Part shown: positions 16,092 through 24,430 of the stretch, piece after piece
Layout of the letters: each line of letters opens with the position of its first letter
Position numbering within the stretch: position 1 is the stretch's first letter
Source: a bacterium
GTDB taxonomy: Bacteria > UBA6262 > WVXT01
DNA: 28,014 nt
Reading direction: 5' to 3'
Assembly: GCA_046759165.1 (NCBI GenBank)
Contig: JBHIBS010000021.1
Coordinates: 1 to 28,014, forward strand
The notes under the pieces: generated by a model
What the model was told of the DNA's origin: nothing
What the model saw: only the letters and a program-made list of their open reading frames with translations
The model's database searches: none
Program-made: the position numbers and the translations under genes

Positions 16092-18101
16092 CTATACGAC
16101 TACATCGATCATAGAGAATATTTGTTCTTTAGTAAAATTCTTAAGTTGTGTCGCTCCATTGGGACAAATCGCCGCGCAGGCACCACAACCCTGGCAGAGT
16201 ATTTCTTTCACAGTAGAAATCTTCTTTTTCTCATCAATTTCCCTTGCCTCATAAGAACAGGCATCAACACAGAGACCACAACCACTACAGATTTCTTCAT
16301 CAACAACTGCAATAACCGGATCGTGACTTAATTTATCCTGGCATAAAAGTCCTAAAACCTTACAAGCTGATCCAGAAGCCTGGGCTACTGTAGACGGGAT
16401 ATCTTTTGGTGCCTGGCAGGCACCGGCTAAGAAAATTCCCATAGTAGTCGTTTCTAGTGGTCGTAATTTTGGATGTACTTCAGAGAAGAAACCATGTTCA
16501 TCATAGGGAATCCGTAACTTTTTGGCTAACTCAATTGCTGAAGGATGAGCACAAATAGCTGAGGCTAAAACCACCATATCGGCAGCAATCTCTATTTGTG
16601 TCCCTGAAAGTGTATCTGACCCGCGAACTATGACCTTTCCATCTTTTTCAAATATTCTTGATACTCTACCCTTGAGATATACTGCTCCATCCTCTTCTAC
16701 TGCCCGCGCCCAGAATTCTTCATATCCTTTTCCCGGTGCACGAACATCAATATAAAAGACATAAGCCTGACCATCATGGACTTTATGTTTATAAAGCATC
16801 GCATGTTTTGCCGTGTACATACAACAGATGCTTGAACAGTAAGGAATACCTTTAGAACGGTCGCGTGAGCCAACGCATTGAATAAAAACCACTGACCTGG
16901 GAATTTTTCCATCTGATGGCCTTCTTATCTCTCCACGGGTAGGTCCAGTAGCAGATTGCAAACGTTCGAACTGTATACTATTAATAACGTCTTTAAATCT
17001 ACCATAACCATATTCACCATAAAAATCTCTTCCCAGTTGTTTATATCCAGTAGATACTACTATTACACCCACTTTTTCTTCAATTATTTCGTCCTGTTGT
17101 TCAAAATCTATTGCTTCTGCTTCACAAAACTTTTGACAAATTTTGCATTTACCTGTTTTATAAAAAGTGCAGTTTTCTCGATCAATAACCGGAATATTAG
17201 GTACCGCCTGAGGGAAGGGGATATAGACAGCTTTTCTCATACCCATTCCCTCTTCGTATTCACTGAGGATATTTTTCCTGGGACATTTTTCCTGACAGAT
17301 TCCACAGCCAGTACATTTATCTTCTATTATCGAACGTGCTTTTTTTCTTATTTTTACCTTGAAATCGCCTACTAATCCTGAAATTTCTTCGATTTCTGAG
17401 TAAGTATAAATTTTAATCTTTGGGCTCTGGGAAACTTCAACTGTGCGGGGGGTAAGAATACAAGCCGCACAATCAAGCGTGGGGAAGGTTTCGGCAAGTT
17501 TAGTCATATGACCGCCAATGTAAGGTTCTTTTTCTACCAAAATTACCGGATATCCTCCTTGAGCAATATCTAAGGCAACCTGTATCCCGGCAATCCCTGC
17601 GCCAATTACCAGTGCCTTTTTCTCTACCTCAGAATGAAAAACCTCAAGAGCTTGATCACCTTTCAACTTCTCTAAAATCGAGGAGATAATCTGAACACCT
17701 TTTTCAGTAGCTTTTTCTTTTTCATCTTGGTGTACCCATGAACATTGTTCGCGAATATTGGCAATCTCCATGCAATAAGGATTCAAACCTGCCTTAAGTC
17801 CGGCATTGCGAAAAGTTGTCTCGTGCATTCTTGGAGAACAGGCAGCAACAATTACTCCATTTAATTTTTTCTCTTTAATAGTTTTAGTAATTAGTTCCTG
17901 CCCAGGATTTGAACACATATATTTATAATCAATTGAATGCACTACACCTGGTATCTTCCCAAACTCATCTGCTACTTTTTTCACATCTACTACACCAGCA
18001 ATATTTATCCCACAATGACAGATAAAAATTCCAACACGTGGTAGACGGTTTGTATTTTGTGGTGTTTGATGCTTAGTATTTGGTATTTGATGAGCAGCCA
18101 T
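16092..18101 (-). CDS. hdrA: Heterodisulfide reductase subunit A (canonical single-module length)
   Basis: RVGIFICHCG, ACSPRMHE, NIREQCSWVH, GAGIAG, TFPTLDCAAC, QFERL, QCVGSRD, CSSICCMYTAK, PKDIP, C-terminal ferredoxin. Confidence 0.96.
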   Translation of the reverse strand: MAAHQIPNTKHQTPQNTNRLPRVGIFICHCGINIAGVVDVKKVADEFGKIPGVVHSIDYKYMCSNPGQELITKTIKEKKLNGVIVAACSPRMHETTFRNAGLKAGLNPYCMEIANIREQCSWVHQDEKEKATEKGVQIISSILEKLKGDQALEVFHSEVEKKALVIGAGIAGIQVALDIAQGGYPVILVEKEPYIGGHMTKLAETFPTLDCAACILTPRTVEVSQSPKIKIYTYSEIEEISGLVGDFKVKIRKKARSIIEDKCTGCGICQEKCPRKNILSEYEEGMGMRKAVYIPFPQAVPNIPVIDRENCTFYKTGKCKICQKFCEAEAIDFEQQDEIIEEKVGVIVVSTGYKQLGRDFYGEYGYGRFKDVINSIQFERLQSATGPTRGEIRRPSDGKIPRSVVFIQCVGSRDRSKGIPYCSSICCMYTAKHAMLYKHKVHDGQAYVFYIDVRAPGKGYEEFWARAVEEDGAVYLKGRVSRIFEKDGKVIVRGSDTLSGTQIEIAADMVVLASAICAHPSAIELAKKLRIPYDEHGFFSEVHPKLRPLETTTMGIFLAGACQAPKDIPSTVAQASGSACKVLGLLCQDKLSHDPVIAVVDEEICSGCGLCVDACSYEAREIDEKKKISTVKEILCQGCGACAAICPNGATQLKNFTKEQIFSMIDVVV

Positions 18102-18971
18102 CTATGTTATTCCTTTTCCTTTCAACAGAGTTTCACCTGAGATCATTGCTCGGTCGAGCCCTAAATTTTTCTTATCTATTCCCAGAGCTAAACCGAGCAA
18201 TTGGGTAAAATAGAAGATAGGTAGAGAGAAATCTTTTTTGTATTTCTTATTAATATCCTCTTGTCTCATTTCCAAATTCGCCTGACAAAGGGGACAGGCC
18301 ACTACCAAACACTCGGCACCTGCCTCAGATGCCTCCAACAAAATATCATGGGTCAGTTTTAGAACTATATCAGTACGGCTCAAACCAAGTGGACCACCAC
18401 AACACTCATTTTTATATGGCCAGGAAACCGGCTCAGATCCTAACGCCTTAACCAAATTATCTAAAGAACTGGGTTGTTCGGGATCGTCAAATTCTACTAC
18501 CTTAGGGGGACGGATAAGAAGACATCCATAGTAACAGGCCACTTTCAATCCTTTCAGATCCTGTTTTTTCTGTTTTTGAATATTTTCTAATCCAATTTCG
18601 GTTATCAAAATATCTAAAAAATGACGTACTCTTACATCAGGAATATGTTCAAGGTTGAGAGTCTCTTTTATTTTCTCTTTTATTTGAGGATCTTCGGCTA
18701 AACTCTTTTCAGCAAATTTGAACCGACTGTAGCAAGCAGCACAGAAAACTACCATTTGCTTGCCGATTTTCTCAGCTGACACTATATTCTTTATTGGTAA
18801 AGAAACCGATAGAAGCGTATTGGTAAAATGAGCAGGAGAAGCACCACAACAGGTCCAATCAGGCACTTCCACAAGTTCTATACCAAGAGCATCAGCAGTA
18901 GCACGTGCTGACTCATCGTAATCAAGGGCTGTTGAACGAAGCGAACATCCTGGATAATAAGCGTATTTCAC
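18102..18971 (-). CDS. hdrB: Heterodisulfide reductase subunit B
   Basis: Two CCG domains: YYPGC...WTCCGA...CAAC and YYGC...ECCGG...ACPLC; GTG start with AGGAGG SD. Confidence 0.95.
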   Translation of the reverse strand: MKYAYYPGCSLRSTALDYDESARATADALGIELVEVPDWTCCGASPAHFTNTLLSVSLPIKNIVSAEKIGKQMVVFCAACYSRFKFAEKSLAEDPQIKEKIKETLNLEHIPDVRVRHFLDILITEIGLENIQKQKKQDLKGLKVACYYGCLLIRPPKVVEFDDPEQPSSLDNLVKALGSEPVSWPYKNECCGGPLGLSRTDIVLKLTHDILLEASEAGAECLVVACPLCQANLEMRQEDINKKYKKDFSLPIFYFTQLLGLALGIDKKNLGLDRAMISGETLLKGKGIT

Positions 18972-19079
18972 CCCGCCCCTCCTTGACTCAGAGTATTTCG
19001 ATCTGCTTCAACATATATCACCTAAATGGCCAATAGTTTTTTCGTTAAATAAATACAAAACCAGTGAGGGGGAGCGGGG
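18971..19079. mobile_element. MITE-like 109-bp insertion between hdrC and hdrB
   Basis: Terminal inverted repeats ccccgcccctcct / agggggagcgggg (11 of 13 matching), flanked by the direct repeat TTCA at 18967-18970 and 19080-19083. Confidence 0.7.
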
Positions 19080-19080
19080 T

Positions 19081-19629
19081 TCATTTCTCTGTTCCTTTGA
19101 ATATTTCTTTCATTTTTTTTCCATCTGCTAAAGTAGGAAATATTTTTAATTTTCCTCGTTTAAATAGTTTAGGCCCTTTAAAAATGTCTTTGAAAAAATG
19201 TCCACTGCCTAAATTAAATCTCCCAATCATCTCCACTTCAAATACACGACCATATTTTCTTACAGTGCTCAAAAATAATCTGTTAAAAAGATTGACATCC
19301 TTCTCCGATGGCTTAACTTTCTTACGCAAAGCAATAATCCGTAAAGCGTCCATAACCTTGGCCAGATCAACTTCTCGTGGACAGCGAGTAGTACAGGTTT
19401 CACATCCCGCACAGAGCCAGATCGTTCGACTGGAGAGGACACGTTCTTCCATACTTAATTGAACCATCCTGATAATTTGATTCGGTAAATAATCCATTTC
19501 AAAGACAATAGGGCAACCACTAGAACATTTTCCACATTGATAACAAGAAGAGACTTTCTGCCCACTTTCCTTTTCTATTTCACGAATAAAATCTGACCTC
19601 AAAACATCTATATCAACTAAGCATTTCAA
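19081..19629 (-). CDS. hdrC: Heterodisulfide reductase subunit C
   Basis: CYQCGKCSSGCP and IWLCAGCETCTTRCP; TTG start. Confidence 0.94.
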   Translation of the reverse strand: MKCLVDIDVLRSDFIREIEKESGQKVSSCYQCGKCSSGCPIVFEMDYLPNQIIRMVQLSMEERVLSSRTIWLCAGCETCTTRCPREVDLAKVMDALRIIALRKKVKPSEKDVNLFNRLFLSTVRKYGRVFEVEMIGRFNLGSGHFFKDIFKGPKLFKRGKLKIFPTLADGKKMKEIFKGTEK

Positions 19630-19708
19630 TGTCCCTTCTCCTTATAGAGATTTTAGAGATTTCTAAAAAAATCAGGAATCTTTAAATCACTGTAATCAAT
19701 TGCTAAAA

Positions 19709-20401
19709 TTACCTAAACAACCTTAGGGTTTTCTTTAAAACAAGTGTTTTTGAACCACTTGTAGCATAATAAGTTAGTCTCTCCAATTCTACTGCTATAT
19801 CAATATTTAGTAAGTTTACGAAATCGGGTACCTTCAATCTTACCGCAGCGAAATTCAGAATTAACTTTATCCCGGAGTCTACTACATAGTTAAGTACTTC
19901 TTGAGCCACCATAGCAGGTACTGTAAGAATAGCTATTTTGATTGCATTCTGTTGGACTACTGATTTTAGTTGTTTAATATCTTGAATTTGAAAATCAGCT
20001 TTAACACTACCAATCTTTCTTCTATCATTGTCAAAGGCGGCTACAATTTTAAACCCCTGCTGTTTAAATCCTTTATAAGTTAAAAAAGCAGAACCTAAAT
20101 TCCCCACACCGATTAAAGCTACTTTCCATTCTTTATCTATTCCTAAAATACCCAGTATCTTTTGTTTAAGTTCATCTACTGGATAACCTTTACCTGGAAC
20201 ACCAAACTGGCCAAAATAGGTTAAATCACGTCGGATTTGTGGTGGAGTAAATCCAGTAAGGAAGGCTATCTCTTCAGACCTGATAAAATCATTCCTTCCG
20301 GATTCAGAAAGTACACGATAATACATTGATAGGCGAGTAACAGTTGATTCAGGTATGTTATATTTTGCTTTCGTATATATTATGAAATCATTGGTTATCA
20401 T
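19709..20401 (-). CDS. rex: Redox-sensing transcriptional repressor Rex
   Basis: IPESTVTRLSMYYR, QIRRDLTYFGQFG, GKGY, IGVGNLG, ILNFA. Confidence 0.95.
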   Translation of the reverse strand: MITNDFIIYTKAKYNIPESTVTRLSMYYRVLSESGRNDFIRSEEIAFLTGFTPPQIRRDLTYFGQFGVPGKGYPVDELKQKILGILGIDKEWKVALIGVGNLGSAFLTYKGFKQQGFKIVAAFDNDRRKIGSVKADFQIQDIKQLKSVVQQNAIKIAILTVPAMVAQEVLNYVVDSGIKLILNFAAVRLKVPDFVNLLNIDIAVELERLTYYATSGSKTLVLKKTLRLFR

Positions 20402-20419
20402 TGTTCGTTCAATTGTTTA

Positions 20420-20437
20420 CAGTGAATTTTTTCACAA
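20420..20437. promoter_or_regulatory. Rex operator
   Basis: CAGTGAA-TTTT-TTCACAA versus consensus TTGTGAA-N4-TTCACAA (two mismatches at one end), 19-36 nt upstream of the rex start. Confidence 0.8.
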
Positions 20438-20581
20438 AATATTTGAAAAAAATTTGGGTAACTCTCGCACAATCATGAGTGCAATTAGTTTAACAACTGT
20501 CTTTTCCTTTAAAAAATAAACTATCCCAACGATAATCGAGATAGTTTGTGTTATTTCTACTTTTCAGAATCTCTAAATAAT

Positions 20582-20666
20582 GTTACTTTAGGGTAACTAA
20601 TTGGAGAGAGTCTGCATCAAGGAAGGTGTATGGTTACAATTTGGTAAGTTTTACTGAACAGGTAAC
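20582..20666. promoter_or_regulatory. Three GTTAC-N6/7-GTAAC palindromes; candidate activator binding sites
   Basis: GTTAC-tttagg-GTAAC (20582-20597), GTTAC-aatttg-GTAAG (20633-20648), TTTAC-tgaacag-GTAAC (20650-20666). Confidence 0.5.
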
Positions 20667-20671
20667 CTATT

Positions 20672-22012
20672 TTATATACTATACTCTTTTAGTTTTTGCC
20701 AAAGCGTTTTTCGGCTAATTCCCAATACTTTAGCTGCTTCTTCTTTTCGACCTTCTGTTTTTGCTAATACATTAATAATATACTGCTTCTCAGTTTTTTT
20801 CAGTACTTCTTGAATCGGTTTTATTCCCCATTCTTTTTTTTCTACTTTTAATAGGTTGGGTGGCAAGTCATCAGGTAGAATTTTATTCCCTCTTGAGAGC
20901 GTAACCATACGTTCTATCATATTTTCTAATTCCCGAACATTGCCTGGCCAACTATATTTGGTCAGTCTCTTTAATGCCTCAGGAGAAATTCCTATTTTCT
21001 TTCCTTCTTTAGTGTATCTATTAAGAAAATTTTTAACTAACAATGGGATATCTTCTTTCTTTTCTCGTAAAGGAGGCATAAAAATAGGAATCACATTTAA
21101 GCGATAGAAAAGGTCTTCTCGAAAATTACCTTTGCCTACACTTTCTTCTAAATTTGTCCTACTGGCGGCAATTACGCGTACATCAACCTGAATTGTATCT
21201 GTTCCTCCTAGACGTTCAAATTTTCTTTCCTGAAGAACCCTTAACAATTTCGCTTGTACTCTGGGTGCCATATCATCCACGTCATCTAAAAATAATGCTC
21301 CCCCATTAGCGAGTTCAAAGCGACCTAATTTCCTACTGGAGGCATCAGTGAAAGCTCCTTTTTCAAAACCAAATAACTCGCTTTCCAAAAGACTTTCTGG
21401 CAAAGCACTACAACTTACTTTGATTAAGGGTTTATCCTTTCGAAGACTTAACTGATGAATAGCTTCGGCAGCCAGTTCTTTACCTGTACCACTTTCCCCA
21501 TAAATGAGCACAGTAGCATTGCTTAAAGCAACTACCTCAATCAAGCGATAAATCTCTTGCATCTTCTCACTCTTGCCAATAAGGTTAAACAATTTCCATC
21601 GTTCCCCTAACTCTTCCCAGAGAAAACGATTTTCTTCCTTGAGATTCTGAAACTCAAAAGCTTTTTTAATCAGCAAAAGTAGTTCTTCATTCAGAAAGGG
21701 TTTACTAATATAGTCATACGCTCCTAACTTCATAGCTTCAACTGCATTTTCGATTGTACCAAAAGCAGTCATCATAATCACAATTACTTGCGGAGAGAGT
21801 TCTTTTATTTTTTTCAAAAAGGTAAGACCATTCATTTGGGGTAACTTCAAATCAGCGAGGGCCAAATGGAATTTTGATTGCTGGATTATTTCCCAACCCT
21901 CTTCACCAGTGGTAGCTATAGATACTTCATATCCTTCTTTAACCAAGGCATCCCTTAGACTAATTCGCATAATTCTTTCATCTTCAACAATAAGAATCTT
22001 TTTAGTAGGCAT
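20672..22012 (-). CDS. Sigma-54-dependent response regulator (NtrC/AtoC family)
   Basis: Receiver domain (ILIVEDE, DLKLP, KPF), GESGTGKE, ESELFG, GAFTDA, FREDLFYRL, WPGNVREL, C-terminal Fis HTH. Confidence 0.95.
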   Translation of the reverse strand: MPTKKILIVEDERIMRISLRDALVKEGYEVSIATTGEEGWEIIQQSKFHLALADLKLPQMNGLTFLKKIKELSPQVIVIMMTAFGTIENAVEAMKLGAYDYISKPFLNEELLLLIKKAFEFQNLKEENRFLWEELGERWKLFNLIGKSEKMQEIYRLIEVVALSNATVLIYGESGTGKELAAEAIHQLSLRKDKPLIKVSCSALPESLLESELFGFEKGAFTDASSRKLGRFELANGGALFLDDVDDMAPRVQAKLLRVLQERKFERLGGTDTIQVDVRVIAASRTNLEESVGKGNFREDLFYRLNVIPIFMPPLREKKEDIPLLVKNFLNRYTKEGKKIGISPEALKRLTKYSWPGNVRELENMIERMVTLSRGNKILPDDLPPNLLKVEKKEWGIKPIQEVLKKTEKQYIINVLAKTEGRKEEAAKVLGISRKTLWQKLKEYSI

Positions 22013-22028
22013 AATTTTATTCCTCCAT

Positions 22029-23495
22029 TTATAATACTTTGTACACAGGGTTCAATATTGTAGAATAATCGATTTTCTGAGACAAAGGTAATCTAATTGT
22101 TACTATAGTACCTTCACCCTTTTTGCTTTTTATGCTCATTGTTCCCTGGTGTCTCTGAATAATGTCACGGCTAATCGATAGACCAAGTCCTACTCGTTCT
22201 CCTGTTCCTTTAGTAGTATAAAAAGGTTCAAAAACTTTCTCTAAATCTTCTTCTTTAATTCCCATACCATTATCAATAAACTCAATTTGAATAAATTCCT
22301 TTTCATTTTTGGCCTTTAGTGATGTTCTAATCATCAATTCTCCGCCTTGAGGAAGTGCATCTAATGCGTTGCCAAGCACATTCATAAATACCTGTTGTAT
22401 TTGTTGAGGATCCACTGAGATTTCAGGTAAAGGATCAGCCAAATCCTGTTGAACATTAACTTCTTGCCGGGATAAGCGGTGTTCAATAAAGGTTAATGAT
22501 TCTTTGATCAGTGGATTAAGATTTACTGTTTTTAACTTGAACTTTTCATGCCGAGAGAAATTCAAAAGTCGCTTAACTATACCTTCGATATGGATAATAC
22601 TTTCCAATATTAACTCCAGATACTCTCTTTTTTGCCCCTTAATTTCGGGGGCTTGAAGAACACTCCGCACACAGTTTAACATTCCACCCAAAGGATTATT
22701 AATCTCGTGGGCAATGCCAGCAGCTAATCGTCCTACAGTAGCCATTTTTGCGGTTTGAATTAATTGACTTTGGGTAGATTGAAGCTCTTGATTAGTTCTT
22801 TCTAAATCCCTGGCCATCTCATTAAAGGTTTGGGCAAGCAATCCAACCTCATCTGTTGTCTTAATTCTAAGTTCCTGTTTAAAATTACCTCGTCCAATTT
22901 CTTTAATTGCTTTACTTATTTCTACCAGAGGAGCAAGTATTCTTTTGATTAATAAATAAATACATCCTATACCAATAGTTAAGATTACTCCGATAATTAC
23001 TATTAGTCTGAAAATTGTCGCAGAAATTGCTCTCCTGAATCTCGCTGGCGACATTCCTATATGAAGACTTCCTAAGCTACCCTCTAATATAGGTAGGGCA
23101 AGATCTTGAATTAATCCTTTTTCGGTGTGTAGTAGATGAATATTTTTCTCTCTATTAGGAAAAGTGGCCTCAATTAAACCCGCTGGAAATACTCCAGAAA
23201 AAGTATGGACAACTGGTCTCCCCCCTGTGTTAACAATAAAAACATAAATAACATCCTTCTCCAACTCTACTGTATCGTTCACCAACCGTTGGAGAGAAAC
23301 AACGTCATCAATCAATATTAAATCGACACTTCGGTTTGCTAAATTTCTAGCAATCGAGAATCCTTTATCCTGCAATTCTTTTCTCAGATATCGCGAAGAA
23401 GATTTCCAAATGAAAATAATTATGGCTAAGCCCAGAATGAGAACTCCGATAAGGATAACTCCGATTAGTTTAGTTTTTAAACTAAAATTGACCAT
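22029..23495 (-). CDS. Membrane sensor histidine kinase with HAMP domain
   Basis: Two hydrophobic segments, DEVGLLAQTFNEM, IAHEINNPL, NALDA, DNGMGI, FEPFYTTK, GLGL. Confidence 0.95.
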   Translation of the reverse strand: MVNFSLKTKLIGVILIGVLILGLAIIIFIWKSSSRYLRKELQDKGFSIARNLANRSVDLILIDDVVSLQRLVNDTVELEKDVIYVFIVNTGGRPVVHTFSGVFPAGLIEATFPNREKNIHLLHTEKGLIQDLALPILEGSLGSLHIGMSPARFRRAISATIFRLIVIIGVILTIGIGCIYLLIKRILAPLVEISKAIKEIGRGNFKQELRIKTTDEVGLLAQTFNEMARDLERTNQELQSTQSQLIQTAKMATVGRLAAGIAHEINNPLGGMLNCVRSVLQAPEIKGQKREYLELILESIIHIEGIVKRLLNFSRHEKFKLKTVNLNPLIKESLTFIEHRLSRQEVNVQQDLADPLPEISVDPQQIQQVFMNVLGNALDALPQGGELMIRTSLKAKNEKEFIQIEFIDNGMGIKEEDLEKVFEPFYTTKGTGERVGLGLSISRDIIQRHQGTMSIKSKKGEGTIVTIRLPLSQKIDYSTILNPVYKVL

Positions 23496-23497
23496 TC

Positions 23498-24430
23498 TTA
23501 ATACTCTATCTTTTTAACTAAATTACGCATTGAACGAATAGAATCGTACATCTGGTCATCTCCTCTAATGAATTTATCAATCATAATCTTTTTGAGTATT
23601 TCCTTGCCTTTTGTTTGTTTATCCAAGTTTGTAAATATTTGATATAATTTTTTCTTTATATCTGGGTCAAGCCCTTTCGGGACCACCACCGGTGGTATAC
23701 CAAAAGCAGGAGATTTAAGAATAATTTTAGCTTGGGAAGTTAACTCAGGACGAGTTAACGCTAAGTAATCCCAAATTAAACTATCTACGGCTGCTCCATC
23801 CACTAAACCTTTGGCTACTGCAATAATTGAATTATCATGACTATGAGTAAAGATTGTTTTATAAAAATATGTCTGTGGTGTAAAATTCTTTTTAGCCAAA
23901 AGATATGTGGGAAATAACTTGCCACTATTGGAAAGAGGGTCTGTGAAAGCAAAAGATTTCCCTCTAAGCTCTTCAAAGCTATCAATTTTACTATCCCGAT
24001 GTACAATAATATACGAGAAGTATTGGGCTTGCCCATTAATTACAGGAACTACTAAGAGCTCTACACTTCCTCCCTCTTTTAGTTCGACATAAGCATCAGT
24101 ACAAATGAAAGCCGCTTCTAACTTACCTTCTTCCAAAAGATCATTTATCTCTTTATATGTCCTACGTTGTACCAGAATTATTTGTTTCCCTATTTTTTCT
24201 GAGAGATAGTTAAATAATTCTTGATAATAAGTAAAAGTTTCTCGTGGGGAAATAATCGCCGCTACCCCGATACGAAGTACTTCTTGGGAATATCCCTCTT
24301 CTAGTATTTTCTGAGGTTGTTTCTTTTCAAAAAGAAAGATTTCTGTCACTCCCTTTTGCTCACTACAGCCAGAAAGGACTCCTGCCAAAACACCTAAAAA
24401 TAAAAAATAAATTCTTATTCTTTTAATCAT
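23498..24430 (-). CDS. PhnD-type (phosphonate-binding fold) extracytoplasmic lipoprotein, probably a sensor partner
   Basis: Lipobox LSGC; QRRTYKEIN, AFICTDAY, YFSYIIV, FAFTDPLSNSG, SHDNSI, DGAAVDS. Start placed at MIKRIR, overlapping the end of the upstream gene. Confidence 0.88.
   Translation of the reverse strand: MIKRIRIYFLFLGVLAGVLSGCSEQKGVTEIFLFEKKQPQKILEEGYSQEVLRIGVAAIISPRETFTYYQELFNYLSEKIGKQIILVQRRTYKEINDLLEEGKLEAAFICTDAYVELKEGGSVELLVVPVINGQAQYFSYIIVHRDSKIDSFEELRGKSFAFTDPLSNSGKLFPTYLLAKKNFTPQTYFYKTIFTHSHDNSIIAVAKGLVDGAAVDSLIWDYLALTRPELTSQAKIILKSPAFGIPPVVVPKGLDPDIKKKLYQIFTNLDKQTKGKEILKKIMIDKFIRGDDQMYDSIRSMRNLVKKIEY

Noticed and set aside
1-19629. Selenocysteine read-through in HdrA/MvhD as the cause of the split hdrA
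   Set aside because: The relevant motifs are Cys-encoded, frames are open, and the halves lie ~6.4 kb apart and are fused to other domains.
20402-20671. Canonical sigma-54 promoter
   Set aside because: No TGGCAC-N5-TTGC with correct GG/GC spacing was found by eye.
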